DNA from: Planctomycetota bacterium
Lineage (GTDB): Bacteria; Planctomycetota; B15-G4; JADJEK01
Assembly (NCBI GenBank): GCA_044225365.1
Contig: JBGAIQ010000001.1
Span: 192,001-256,000, forward strand
Direction of reading: 5' to 3'
Length of the DNA: 64,000 nucleotides
Shown here: piece after piece, positions 51,671 to 61,832 of the stretch
How positions within the stretch are numbered: position 1 is the stretch's first letter
Layout: the number at the start of each line of letters is the position of its first letter
Made by a program: the position numbers and the translations under genes
The notes under the pieces: generated by a model
The model's database searches: none
What the model was told of the DNA's origin: nothing
What the model saw: the letters and a program-made list of their open reading frames with translations, nothing else

Positions 51671-52197
51671 GGGGGTTCCTTGGTGCGGTCGTCGTTCTTT
51701 GAACGGTGAGGGTCGGGTCGTCGCGAAAAGGCCACGCGCAATCGGTCCTTGATGCGCGCGAGCTTGGTGCCGACGTTCGAGACGGAGATGCCGAGCACGT
51801 CGGCGATCGTCGCGTGGTCGTTGTCGTCGAGGTAGAGCAGCACGAGCGCCTTGTCGAGCGCGCCGAGTTCGTCGACGCAGTGCAGCAGGCGGCGGACGTC
51901 CTCGCCGAATTCCGGCGCGTTCGAGGCCGTGATCGCGGGTTCGTCGATCGGGCGCCTTCGTTCACGATGTCGTCGCTCCCGACGATGGAACGAAATCGCG
52001 ACGTTCAGCGCGATGCGGTAGATCCACGTCGTTTCGGAGAACCGAGCGTCGTAGCGGGCGCGGCACCGCCAGAGCTGGATCGCGATCTCCTGGACGACGT
52101 CCTCGCGATCCGAATGATCGCGACAGTACGCGTACGCGATCTTCTGGATCAGCCGGGCATGGCGGTGGAGGAGTTCGGTGAGTTCGGCGGGATTCAT
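51652..52197 (-). CDS. ECF sigma factor
   Basis: REDVVQE, TWIYRIALN, IADVLGISVSNVGTKLARIK. Confidence 0.9.
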   Translation of the reverse strand: MNPAELTELLHRHARLIQKIAYAYCRDHSDREDVVQEIAIQLWRCRARYDARFSETTWIYRIALNVAISFHRRERRHRERRRPIDEPAITASNAPEFGEDVRRLLHCVDELGALDKALVLLYLDDNDHATIADVLGISVSNVGTKLARIKDRLRVAFSRRPDPHRSKNDDRTKEPPCNSTT

Positions 52198-52269
52198 CGG
52201 AGTGCGAGATGATTCGCAACGCACCGGTGGCCCATCACGGATCCCAGGTGTTTTTTCTTCGGTCCGGCG

Positions 52270-53382
52270 TCAGGCCCGGAAGTACTTCGCCAATGTGAGG
52301 CCTTGGCGTGCGTAGTTCGAGGTCGAGCCCGCGGCGCCGTAGATTCGACCGCAGCGCTGCGTCGTGCGGTGATACGCGAGGCGGAAGAACACCTGCCCGT
52401 CCTCGACGACGAAGGGCACGTCATGGGCGCGGACCTCGAGGACCGCCGGTGTGCCGTGGATCTCGCCGCGTTCGCCGAAGCCGAACCCGGCATCGAAGAA
52501 CCCAGCATAGTTCGTTCGCAGTTCACCGATGCCGACGTCGTACGCGAGCATCTCGGCGGCGTATTCCGGCGGGACGCGAACGCGCTCGCGCGACGCAAAG
52601 ATGTAGAACTCCTCCGGCTCGAGGACGAGGCGGCCGTTCCGCGGCGCGTGGATTGCCTCGAAGAACTCCGCGGGGTCGTGGGCTCGTGGACGGTCGAGAT
52701 CGATCACGCTCGTGAAGCGGCGCGCGCGATATCCGATCACGTTGCTGCCAGGCTCCGGCACCAGGCTGACCCCCAGATTGAGGCCGCCCTCGACGTTCAA
52801 TCGATCGACCGCGATCGAGCTTCCGTCGCGATCGACGACGAGAGGCTCAAGGGCATGGGCGGCGCGGTGTTCGTCATCGGTCAGCAGACTGTCGCGCGAG
52901 TAGAAGCGGAGCTGATTGAGGCGGCTGCCCGATCGCACCCGCACGGGGAACGAACTCGGCACGATCTCGACGAAGAGCCGACCGCGGTAACCCTCCGGGA
53001 TCTCGTCGAAGCGGCTCGTGTGATCGCAGATCACGCGGGTGAAGAGATCGATGCGCCCGGTCGACGACTTGGGATTCGCGCGCGCGCTGACGTCCGCCGG
53101 CAAGGTCAGTTCCTCGGCGAGCGGCACCAGGTAGATCTGGCCCGGCTCGAAGACGGCGCCCTCCGAGAGATCGATCTCGAACAATGTGAGGTCCCTCAAC
53201 CGGTCCTCGACCGTGTTGCGAGTGGGGAGGAAGCCGGCGCGAATGCGATGGGCACGCGCGCCGAGCCGAAGATCGAGCGATGTGGGCTGAACCTGATCCG
53301 CTTCGATCGGGGTTCGCGCTCGAATCGCGGCCTGCGCGATCAGCGCTTCGATTTCCACGTGGGTGAAGATGCCGCGGGACAT
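52270..53382 (-). CDS. dcd: dCTP deaminase, long two-domain type
   Basis: QPTSLDLRLG, ANPKSSTGRID, YAGFFDAGFG, VLEVRAH, YARQGL; start 53382 or 53397. Confidence 0.88.
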   Translation of the reverse strand: MSRGIFTHVEIEALIAQAAIRARTPIEADQVQPTSLDLRLGARAHRIRAGFLPTRNTVEDRLRDLTLFEIDLSEGAVFEPGQIYLVPLAEELTLPADVSARANPKSSTGRIDLFTRVICDHTSRFDEIPEGYRGRLFVEIVPSSFPVRVRSGSRLNQLRFYSRDSLLTDDEHRAAHALEPLVVDRDGSSIAVDRLNVEGGLNLGVSLVPEPGSNVIGYRARRFTSVIDLDRPRAHDPAEFFEAIHAPRNGRLVLEPEEFYIFASRERVRVPPEYAAEMLAYDVGIGELRTNYAGFFDAGFGFGERGEIHGTPAVLEVRAHDVPFVVEDGQVFFRLAYHRTTQRCGRIYGAAGSTSNYARQGLTLAKYFRA

Positions 53383-53518
53383 ACGGGAGAAGATCATATC
53401 GACTGCCCGTTCCGCGTCGTTGCACAAACGGCGCCGCGCTTCTAGGCTCACTCGGTCACGATTCGAACCCGCCTCCGCACGCGTGCGGAACCCATGACAG
53501 CAGGAGCGGTCGCGCCGC

Positions 53519-54709
53519 ATGAAGATCCACGAATACCAAGCGAAGGAACTGCTGAAGCAGTACGACGTGCCCGTGCCGCGCGGCATCGTCGCCTACACGC
53601 CCGAAGAGGCGCGATCGGCCTACGAACAGCTCGGCTCGCCGCTCTCCGTCGTGAAGGCGCAGATCCACGCGGGTGGGCGCGGGAAGGGCGGCGGCGTCAA
53701 GCTCGTACGCTCGTCGCAGGAAGCGTTCGACGCCGCGAAGGCGATCCTCAGCAAGCCGCTGATCACGCATCAGACGGGACCGCAGGGCCAGAAGGTCCGC
53801 GTCCTCCTGATCGAAGAAGGCTCCGCGATCGCGAAGGAGTACTACCTCGGCATCGCGGTCGATCGCGCTTCGGGCGCGCCGGTCGTGATGGCGTCGTCGG
53901 AAGGCGGCATGGACATCGAGGAGGTCGCGCACAAGACGCCGGAGAAGATCCTGCGGGAGCGCGTCGACTCGTCCCTCGGTCTCTTCCAGTATCAGGCGCG
54001 ACGCCTCGCGTTCGGCATCGGTATCCCGGCGGCATCCGTGCCCGCGGCGGTCCGGGTGATGACCGCGCTGTCGAAACTCTTCCTCGACAAGGACTGCGCG
54101 CTCGCCGAGATCAACCCGCTGATCCTCACGCAGGACGGTCGCGTGATGGCGCTCGACGGCAAGATGAACTTCGACGCCAACGCACTCTATCGCCATCCGC
54201 ACATCGCGGGCTATCGCGACCTGGGTGAAGAGGATCCGCGCGAGGTCGAGGCCAGCAAGTTCGGGCTGTCCTACATCGCACTCGACGGCAACATCGGCTG
54301 CATGGTGAACGGCGCCGGTCTCGCGATGGGAACGATGGACATCGTGAAGCTCCACGGCGGCAGTCCGGCGAACTTCCTCGACGTCGGCGGCGGCGCCTCG
54401 ACCGAGCAGGTGCGCGAGGCGTTCCGGATCATCCTCCAGGACCCGAACGTCAAGGCGATCCTCGTCAACATCTTCGGCGGGATCATGAAGTGCGACGTCA
54501 TCGCGCAGGGCATCATCGAGGCCGCGCGGACCGTCAAGATGACCGTTCCCGTGGTGGTGCGGCTCGAAGGCACCAACGTCGACAAGGGTCGAGAACTCCT
54601 CGAGAAGAGCGGCCTCGCGTTGACGACGGCGATGGGACTCGAGGATGCGGCGAAGAAGGTCGTCGCCGCGTCCCAGGGTCGATCGGGCACGGCACAGGCG
54701 CGAGGTTGA
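53519..54709 (+). CDS. sucC: Succinate--CoA ligase beta subunit
   Basis: [34 protein letters not shown]. Confidence 0.97.
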   Translation: MKIHEYQAKELLKQYDVPVPRGIVAYTPEEARSAYEQLGSPLSVVKAQIHAGGRGKGGGVKLVRSSQEAFDAAKAILSKPLITHQTGPQGQKVRVLLIEEGSAIAKEYYLGIAVDRASGAPVVMASSEGGMDIEEVAHKTPEKILRERVDSSLGLFQYQARRLAFGIGIPAASVPAAVRVMTALSKLFLDKDCALAEINPLILTQDGRVMALDGKMNFDANALYRHPHIAGYRDLGEEDPREVEASKFGLSYIALDGNIGCMVNGAGLAMGTMDIVKLHGGSPANFLDVGGGASTEQVREAFRIILQDPNVKAILVNIFGGIMKCDVIAQGIIEAARTVKMTVPVVVRLEGTNVDKGRELLEKSGLALTTAMGLEDAAKKVVAASQGRSGTAQARG

Positions 54710-54719
54710 CGAGAAGAAC

Positions 54720-55607
54720 ATGAGCATCCTGATCGACAAATCGACGCGCGTGATCTGCCAGGGCATCACCGGGCAGGCCGGGTCCTTCCACACCAAGCAG
54801 ATGGTCGAGTACGGCACGCAGATGGTCGGCGGCGTCACACCCGGCAAGGGCGGCACCGCGATCCACGGCGTTCCGGTGTTCGACACCGTGGCCGAGGCGG
54901 TCGCGAAGACTGGAGCGACGGCCTCCGTTCTCTACGTGCCGCCACCGTTCGCGGCGGATTCGATCCTCGAGGCGGCCGCGAGCGGCATCAAGCTGATCGT
55001 GTGCATCACCGAGGGCATCCCGGTCGTCGACATGATGCGGGTGAAGGAACGCCTCCGCAATTTCGGGAACATCCGACTGATCGGTCCGAATTGCCCGGGC
55101 ATCATCACGCCGGGGCAATGCAAGATCGGCATCATGCCGGGATACATCCACAAGCCGGGAACCGTCGGCGTCGTGTCGCGTTCGGGCACCTTGACGTACG
55201 AAGCCGTCTGGCAGCTCTCGCAGCTCGGCCTCGGTCAATCGTCGTGCGTCGGAATCGGCGGCGACCCGATCAACGGCACGAACTTCATCGACTGCCTGCG
55301 ACTCTTCGAAGCCGATCCCGGCACCGAGGGGATCGTGATGATCGGCGAGATCGGCGGCACGGCGGAGGAGGAGGCTGCGGCCTTCATCAAGAGCTCCGTC
55401 CGGAAGCCCGTCGTCTCGTTCATCGCGGGTCAGACCGCGCCTCCCGGGAAGCGCATGGGCCACGCCGGCGCGATCATCTCGGGCGGAGCTGGCACGGCGG
55501 CGGAGAAGGTGAAGGCGCTGAAGGAGGCCGGCGTTCGCGTCGTTCCCACGCCCGCATCGCTCGGTAGCGAGATGGCGGCAGCGCTGAAGGAGCGCGGCGG
55601 TCGTTGA
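54720..55607 (+). CDS. sucD: Succinate--CoA ligase alpha subunit
   Basis: [26 protein letters not shown]. Confidence 0.97.
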   Translation: MSILIDKSTRVICQGITGQAGSFHTKQMVEYGTQMVGGVTPGKGGTAIHGVPVFDTVAEAVAKTGATASVLYVPPPFAADSILEAAASGIKLIVCITEGIPVVDMMRVKERLRNFGNIRLIGPNCPGIITPGQCKIGIMPGYIHKPGTVGVVSRSGTLTYEAVWQLSQLGLGQSSCVGIGGDPINGTNFIDCLRLFEADPGTEGIVMIGEIGGTAEEEAAAFIKSSVRKPVVSFIAGQTAPPGKRMGHAGAIISGGAGTAAEKVKALKEAGVRVVPTPASLGSEMAAALKERGGR

Positions 55608-55608
55608 C

Positions 55609-56112
55609 GTGAGTGAAGGAGACGATATCGCGACCGCGACGCCGGCTCCTTCGGGCCGCAAACGACCGCATCAGCGGCGCGGACCGAGCGCGTTGCCGTA
55701 CCTGCTGATGTTCGCGTTCGTGTTCTTCGTCCTCGCGTTCTCCGACGACGCTCGTACCTGGGTCGACACGCATCTTGGAGTGGAGCGCATCCTGCTCGCG
55801 GGCCTCGGATTCCTGTGCCTCCATGCGGCGTGGCTCGGATTCGATACGGCGCGATTGCGCGAGCGGCTGCTCGATCTGTTGGCGAATCTCATGCGGACCC
55901 TGAAGGGTCCCGACCTCGAACGCGATGCCGACGCGATCGAGATCCTGGTGAAGGCGATCGGTTCGGCTAATCTGGACGTTCGTGGTTCGGCCCGCGGGCA
56001 TCTCGTCCGCCTGACCGGCCGCGACCTCGGCGACGATCCCTCGCGTTGGGCCGCATGGTGGGCCGAGCAGCGCGCACAATGGAATCGCTCGACCGAAGGA
56101 GGTAGTTCGTGA
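55609..56112 (+). CDS. Hypothetical two-TM protein with HEAT-like C-terminus
   Basis: Two hydrophobic helices; LTGRDLGDDPSRWAAWW cap motif; 1 bp after sucD. Confidence 0.7.
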   Translation: MSEGDDIATATPAPSGRKRPHQRRGPSALPYLLMFAFVFFVLAFSDDARTWVDTHLGVERILLAGLGFLCLHAAWLGFDTARLRERLLDLLANLMRTLKGPDLERDADAIEILVKAIGSANLDVRGSARGHLVRLTGRDLGDDPSRWAAWWAEQRAQWNRSTEGGSS

Positions 56113-56339
56113 ATCCCGTGCTCGACAGCCTTTTTCTCCCCGTGATCCTCGCTTGGATGCCCGCCGGCGGCGAGTGGATCGTCATCGCCGGCATCGCTCT
56201 GCTCCTGTTCGGCAATCGCTTGCCAGGCGTGGCTCGATCGCTCGGTCGCGGGATCAATGAATTCAAGCGAGGCTTGAAGGACGAGCCGAAGGACGACGCC
56301 GACGACGAGCCCAAGCCGCCCGCCAAGACCGACGGCTGA
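56109..56339 (+). CDS. tatA: Twin-arginine translocase TatA/TatE
   Basis: EWIVIAGIALLLFG-NRLPGVARSLGRGINEFKRG. Confidence 0.9.
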   Translation: MNPVLDSLFLPVILAWMPAGGEWIVIAGIALLLFGNRLPGVARSLGRGINEFKRGLKDEPKDDADDEPKPPAKTDG

Positions 56340-56452
56340 TCGCGCGGCAAAAACCAGACGTTCGGGGGCGCGGAAATGCGCTCCCACGGTTAGAGTAGAC
56401 CGCCGCACGTCGAACGCTGCCGAAGTCCCGCCCACCAAGTCGGCGGGACGGC

Positions 56453-57481
56453 GTGTCGAGCGACGTTCGGAGTGTGACAGGCAATCGTGTGGAGAATCAC
56501 GGCGTGGTGGAGTTAGCGGACTGTTTCGTTCCGGTCGCCGGTGAACTGGATACGCTCGACGGACATCTCGGCGCTGAGCTTGCCACGCACTCCGCGCCCC
56601 TGCGTGAACTCGTCCGCCATATCTCGCGCTACTCCGGCAAGCGGCTGCGCCCGGCGCTCGTGTACCTCGCCGCGAAGGCCTGCGGTTGCGCCGTACGCTC
56701 CGAACATCACAAGATCGCAGCAATCGTCGAATTGATCCACATGGCGACCCTGATCCACGACGACATCCTCGATGTCGCCGAGGTGCGCCGCCGCGTTCCG
56801 ACGGTGAACGCCCTCCACGGAAATCATGTCGCGGTATTGCTCGGTGATTTCGTATACGCCCATGCCTTCGCCATGTCGGTGGAACTCCCCACGCCCGACG
56901 CCTCGAAGGTACTCGCGCGCGTGACGAAGATCGTGTGCCAGGGTGAGATCGAACAGATCTTCGATCGGTTCGATTTCGACCTCACGGAGGAGCAGTACCT
57001 CCACATCATCGAGGCGAAGACGGCGGAACTCTACAAGGCCTCCGCCGAACTCGGCGCGAGCTACGGCGGCGCCGACCGTCGGCAGATCCAGGCGCTCGCC
57101 GAATTCGGACGCTGCATTGGCATCGCCTTCCAGGTCATCGACGACTGTCTCGATCTCATCGGTGATGAAGCGGTCGTGGGCAAGTCGCTCGGCACCGACC
57201 TCGAGGGCGGGAAGATGACCTTGCCGCTGATCCGGCTGCGAGATCGCTGCGGTGATGTCGAGCGAAAACGGCTTCAGGCCATCATCCTGGAAGAAGGCGT
57301 TCCGGATCGCCGGCAGCGCCTCGCCGACGAGTTCGACCTCGGTCCGTCGCTCGACGACTCGTTCCGTCGAGCCGACGATTTCATTCGCGACGCGCTCGCC
57401 CAGCTCGAAGTACTGCCCGCTACTCCGGCGCGCGAAGCTTTGCGGTCGGTCGCCGAGTTCGTCGTCTGCCGCAAGCGCTGA
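56453..57481 (+). CDS. Long-chain polyprenyl diphosphate synthase (IspB/HepT-like)
   Basis: GKRLRP, ATLIHDDILD, FQVIDDCLD, GKSLGTD; start may be GTG 56504. Confidence 0.92.
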   Translation: MSSDVRSVTGNRVENHGVVELADCFVPVAGELDTLDGHLGAELATHSAPLRELVRHISRYSGKRLRPALVYLAAKACGCAVRSEHHKIAAIVELIHMATLIHDDILDVAEVRRRVPTVNALHGNHVAVLLGDFVYAHAFAMSVELPTPDASKVLARVTKIVCQGEIEQIFDRFDFDLTEEQYLHIIEAKTAELYKASAELGASYGGADRRQIQALAEFGRCIGIAFQVIDDCLDLIGDEAVVGKSLGTDLEGGKMTLPLIRLRDRCGDVERKRLQAIILEEGVPDRRQRLADEFDLGPSLDDSFRRADDFIRDALAQLEVLPATPAREALRSVAEFVVCRKR

Positions 57482-57500
57482 GGCTTCGCGGAGACCGCTC

Positions 57501-58442
57501 TCATTCGGGGGCGAGGGGATCCGGTTCGTAGTTGCCGAGTTCGGCGCGGTGCTGCAGCCGTGCCGCGGTCACCGCGTTCGACAGGAGCGTCATCACCGTC
57601 ACCGGTCCGACTCCGCCCGGGACCGGCGTGATCGCGCCCGCGACGAGCTCAGCGCTGGGATAGTCGACATCCCCCGTGACCTTCGTCCGTGGTCGGCCCT
57701 GGTCGTCGCGCACGGGCATACCGGTCGCGTCGAGCAACGGCACTTGATTGATACCGATGTCGATGACGTAGGCACCTTCGCGCAGCATTTCGCCGCGCAA
57801 GAGTCCCGCCTTGCCCACCGCGACGAAGACGATCTCCGCCTTCTTGGTGTGCGCGGCGAGATCCTGGGTGTCGACGTGACAGATCGTGACGGTCGCCGCG
57901 AGGTTCAGCATGAGGAAGGCGATCGGTTTTCCAACGATATCGCTGTGACCGATCACGACCGTCTCGCGCCCCTTCGGCGAGAGACCGGTCGAGAGCAGTA
58001 CCTTCACCGCCGCGAGCGCGGTGCAGGGCACCAGTTTTGGCTCGTTGATGACGATGAATCCCATATTCGCCGGGTTGAGGCCCTCGACGTCCTTGTCGGG
58101 ATGGATCTTGTTCTGCACTCGCCGGGCATGGAAATGCGATGGCAGCGGTCGCTGCAGGATGATGCCCGTGACGCTCGGATCCTCGCTCTTGCTGCGAACG
58201 AAGGCGATGAGCTCGTCCTCGGTGATCGAGCCCGGCAGGTGGAGGTGTTCGAAGAGGATTCCAATCTCGAGCGCGGCTCGCTGCTGGTTGCGGATGTACA
58301 GCGCGGCGGCCGGGTTGTCTCCGACTTCGATCGAGACGAGTCGGATCGGCGGGATTCGCGCCGCGAGCGCAGCGACTTCTTCCCGCAATCGCTCCTTCAT
58401 CCGTGTCGCGATCGGCTTGCCCTCGATGCGTCGCGCCGTCAT
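57501..58442 (-). CDS. folD: Methylenetetrahydrofolate dehydrogenase (FolD family, atypical motifs)
   Basis: KDVEG, PCT, IVGKP, DIGIN, TPVPGGVGP. Confidence 0.92.
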   Translation of the reverse strand: MTARRIEGKPIATRMKERLREEVAALAARIPPIRLVSIEVGDNPAAALYIRNQQRAALEIGILFEHLHLPGSITEDELIAFVRSKSEDPSVTGIILQRPLPSHFHARRVQNKIHPDKDVEGLNPANMGFIVINEPKLVPCTALAAVKVLLSTGLSPKGRETVVIGHSDIVGKPIAFLMLNLAATVTICHVDTQDLAAHTKKAEIVFVAVGKAGLLRGEMLREGAYVIDIGINQVPLLDATGMPVRDDQGRPRTKVTGDVDYPSAELVAGAITPVPGGVGPVTVMTLLSNAVTAARLQHRAELGNYEPDPLAPE

Positions 58443-58691
58443 GCGGTACCGCCGTCACGGCGAAGGAGTGAGACCCGAGTCGGATTCATGGGAGTGCGAG
58501 GATAGCGATCGGGGAGGCCGATGGCACCGCGCACTCGCGTTCGTCCCAGGAGTCGGGCGCGGCCGGTGGCCGTTGCCGCGCTTGTTGGGCCTCGCGGGTT
58601 GCACTATCATCGCAGAGCTTCGCGCACGAATGGTCGGTCGGCGGACCCACGGTGAGTTTCGCCTCAGCGATCCGGTGCGAAGGGTGAGTCG

Positions 58692-59504
58692 ATGAACCGC
58701 CCGAACTGGTACTCCGACGAACGACCGAGCGGCCGTTTCCAGATTCCGCCGCCGACCCTCTGGAGCGGCACGCAGCAGCTGCTCGCCGTGCTCGTGCTCG
58801 TGTACCTGTTGCAGCTCACGCTCTCGGTTGGAGAGTACTTGCAGCTCGACGTGGCCAAGTTGACGAACCCGTTGCAGTGGTATCGGCTCCTGACCTACTC
58901 GCTGTGCCACGCCGAGCGGTCTCCATCGCATCTCTTCTTCAACGCTCTGACGATCTGGTTCTTCGGGAATCCGGTCGAGAGCGAACTCGGGTCCCGGCGC
59001 TCGTACTTCACGTTCTGCGGGCTGGCGTCGCTCGTCTCCGCATTGACCTGGCTCGCCGTCGAGTTGGTGCGGGGTGGAGCCACTCCGTTCCTCGTCGGCG
59101 CATCGGGAATCGGCTTCGCGATGATCGTGGCCTTCGCCGCCTTCGATCCTCAACGGCAAGTGGTCCTCATCATCCTGCCCTTGCGGGCGTGGGTCCTCGC
59201 CCTCATCGTGATGCTGTTCGCGGTTTTCGGCGCCCTCGACTCCCACGACAACGTTGCGCATGCGGCGCACCTGGGAGGTGGCGTATTCGGATATCTCGCC
59301 GTGCGCTATCGCGGGCGATTCCAGGACCTGGTGGATGACTTCGAGCGCAAACGAGCGACGGCCGCGCGCGAACACGAGATCGAGACCCGGCGCGAAGTCG
59401 ATCGAATCCTCGACAAGATCAACGAAACGGGAATCAACAGCCTCACGAAGGCGGAGCGTCGTTTCCTCGAGACCGCGAGCCGAGAGCTGCAGAAGAGACG
59501 CTGA
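58692..59504 (+). CDS. Rhomboid intramembrane serine protease with soluble C-terminal domain
   Basis: HLFFN, GASG, AHAAHLGG; tail VDRILDKINETGINSLT. Confidence 0.9.
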   Translation: MNRPNWYSDERPSGRFQIPPPTLWSGTQQLLAVLVLVYLLQLTLSVGEYLQLDVAKLTNPLQWYRLLTYSLCHAERSPSHLFFNALTIWFFGNPVESELGSRRSYFTFCGLASLVSALTWLAVELVRGGATPFLVGASGIGFAMIVAFAAFDPQRQVVLIILPLRAWVLALIVMLFAVFGALDSHDNVAHAAHLGGGVFGYLAVRYRGRFQDLVDDFERKRATAAREHEIETRREVDRILDKINETGINSLTKAERRFLETASRELQKRR

Positions 59505-59608
59505 TCACGGGCCAAGCGGCGCGAACGCCGACGAGCGGAGGTCGGCTCATTGCTCCTCGTGACCGTGGGCATTCGGTACGCTATCCGGTGTTGGAAGCCC
59601 CGCCCCGA

Positions 59609-59636
59609 TTGACTGCCGCGGCACTGGCGTTACGAT
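59609..59636 (+). promoter_or_regulatory. Sigma-70-like promoter
   Basis: TTGACT-N16-TACGAT about 50 nt before ATG 59688. Confidence 0.45.
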
Positions 59637-59687
59637 CCGCTATGCCGTTCGAATTCTTGACTTCCGATCGAAGACGGAACCAATTCC

Positions 59688-61766
59688 ATGAAGCTGATGC
59701 ACCGTGCATTCACGCTCTGCTGGTCGTTGAGTGTCGTGTTGCTCGTCACTTCGTTCGGGACCGAGGCCCGAGCTCAGAACTTGACGGAGCAGCAGAAGAA
59801 GGCGATGGCCGAGCTCAAGGAGCAGGACGACCTCGCCGACAAGCGCGGAATCGAGAAGGTGGTCAGCAAGAACGCGACCGTCTTCCGGGAGATCTTCGAC
59901 GTCTACGACGGGTGGTTGTCCGGCAACGACGACGCGGACACTTGGAAGACCGCGAACCATATCGCGGAGCTGCTCGACCAGAACTCCGGCACGAACGAGT
60001 TCACCAAGAAACTCGAGTGCATCAAGAACCTCTCGCTCGAGCAGCGCGAACAGCGCATCAGCTCGTGGCAGGAGTTCAACACGATCCGCAATGAGCTGAC
60101 CACGGCGTGGAAGAACCGTGAGAAGGACAAGGTCAACGAGCTGATCCCCAAGATGCAAGCGCTCGCGGACACCTTCCAGAAGCTCAATGATCAGCTCCTG
60201 CGTGGCTACGCACTCTGCGAAGTGGCGAAGATCCTGAACGAGGACAATCAGAAGCCTGAAGCGCAGAAGATGTACAACTCGATCCTCGAAGGACTGAAGA
60301 GCGTCGGCTACGACAAGCTTCGCTTTCAGGCCGACTGCCAGCGCGAGATCGACAAGATCGCGAGCGCGACGAGCAGCGGCGGCGGCGGATCGGTCGATGG
60401 GGGCGTCGACGGCTCCACGATGTGGTCGGCCGATGCGGCAGGTCAGAAATGGTCGGATCCGATCCCGCTCAAGTACACGGCGAACGAGAAGCTGCCGTGG
60501 AGCAAGATCACGACCCCGTCGTTCTGCAACTCCGAGGACACGCTCCAGTGGATCCAGTTCGGACTGAACGGCAATGCCGGTGACTTCGATCGCCTGAAGC
60601 CTCTCGGGCGTCAGATGAAGCTGAAGCGCGAGGGCAACAAGACTCTGCTCGACGACGGCAGCGGCAAGTTCCGCGAGGTCAAAGTCACCTCGAAACCCAA
60701 TCTCGTCGAGGTCGAGAAGGAGTTCCAGGATCCGTGGACGAAGGAGAACGTGAAGCAGAAGTACGCGTTCCTGCTCGGCACGGGTTCGGAGTCCGAAGGC
60801 TTCTTCGGCATCCAGATCAACCAGGCGCCGACGAAGGAATTCCAGGCGATGCGCATCGCCCCGGCCTGCTTCCTCAAGGGCACGGTTCTCGGGCAGGAGG
60901 TCCGGATCATCGACGACAACGTCACCGGGAAGTTCGGTGATGGCGGCGACCTCCAGGTCCCGGGATATACGCAGAGCGTGACCTTCCCGTTCCTCGACGC
61001 CATGTGCGTCGGTAGTTCGAACCTCGCGCAGCCGTTCTCCGAGTACATCGAGGCGGGCGGGGACTTCTATCGCTTGAAGATGTCGAGCGACGACGAGGCC
61101 TACTCGGTGAAGACGCGCAAGCTTGCCGTCGACACGGGAACCGTGGTCCTCGAATTCAAGAACAAGCTGAAGCCCGAAGCGCTCATCATCATGGCGACCG
61201 ACAAGTTCAAGGGCGCCTACTTCAACATCGCGAGCGGCAAGCCGGTTCGCGTCCCCTGCGACCGCTACAAGGTCTGCTACGGCATCCTGCGCGCCGGCAA
61301 GAAGGAGTCGATGCAGAGCTGTCTCATCGTCGCGAGCGCGGAGATGACGTCGCTCGAGGTGAAGAAGGATCAGGAGACGAAGTTCGAGCTCGGCGCTCCG
61401 TTCCACTACGTCTTCGAGGCCGCCGAAGTCGGCAATGGCGACGTCAAGATCGTCGGGAAATCGGTTGCGGTGAAGGGTCGCGGCAAGGAACTGTACGTGC
61501 GGTATTGGGACAGTCCGCCGATCCCGGAAGCGGTCCAGATCTTCCGTGACGGCAAGTCGGTCGGCAAGCCGCTGCCCATGAAGCGGCTCACCTTCGAGGA
61601 CTTCAAGAAGGCGAACAACGAAGTCGCGGCGATGATGTTCCCGCTCGACCTGACCCTGCCAGGAAACGGCTCCGCGAACGGGAAGCTCGGCGTCTCGATG
61701 AAGCTGAAGAAGCCTCAGCTCCTCGACGGTCCGATCGAGACCGGCGCCGACGACAAGCACGATTGA
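59688..61766 (+). CDS. Large hypothetical exported protein
   Basis: Signal peptide ending ARA-Q, helical N-domain, Gly/Ser linker, beta-rich C-region. Confidence 0.8.
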   Translation: MKLMHRAFTLCWSLSVVLLVTSFGTEARAQNLTEQQKKAMAELKEQDDLADKRGIEKVVSKNATVFREIFDVYDGWLSGNDDADTWKTANHIAELLDQNSGTNEFTKKLECIKNLSLEQREQRISSWQEFNTIRNELTTAWKNREKDKVNELIPKMQALADTFQKLNDQLLRGYALCEVAKILNEDNQKPEAQKMYNSILEGLKSVGYDKLRFQADCQREIDKIASATSSGGGGSVDGGVDGSTMWSADAAGQKWSDPIPLKYTANEKLPWSKITTPSFCNSEDTLQWIQFGLNGNAGDFDRLKPLGRQMKLKREGNKTLLDDGSGKFREVKVTSKPNLVEVEKEFQDPWTKENVKQKYAFLLGTGSESEGFFGIQINQAPTKEFQAMRIAPACFLKGTVLGQEVRIIDDNVTGKFGDGGDLQVPGYTQSVTFPFLDAMCVGSSNLAQPFSEYIEAGGDFYRLKMSSDDEAYSVKTRKLAVDTGTVVLEFKNKLKPEALIIMATDKFKGAYFNIASGKPVRVPCDRYKVCYGILRAGKKESMQSCLIVASAEMTSLEVKKDQETKFELGAPFHYVFEAAEVGNGDVKIVGKSVAVKGRGKELYVRYWDSPPIPEAVQIFRDGKSVGKPLPMKRLTFEDFKKANNEVAAMMFPLDLTLPGNGSANGKLGVSMKLKKPQLLDGPIETGADDKHD

Positions 61767-61832
61767 TCCGACTCGGCGGCGAACGCAGGTTCGCCGTTCC
61801 GTTCCACCCCTCGTCTACAGCGAATCTTCAGC

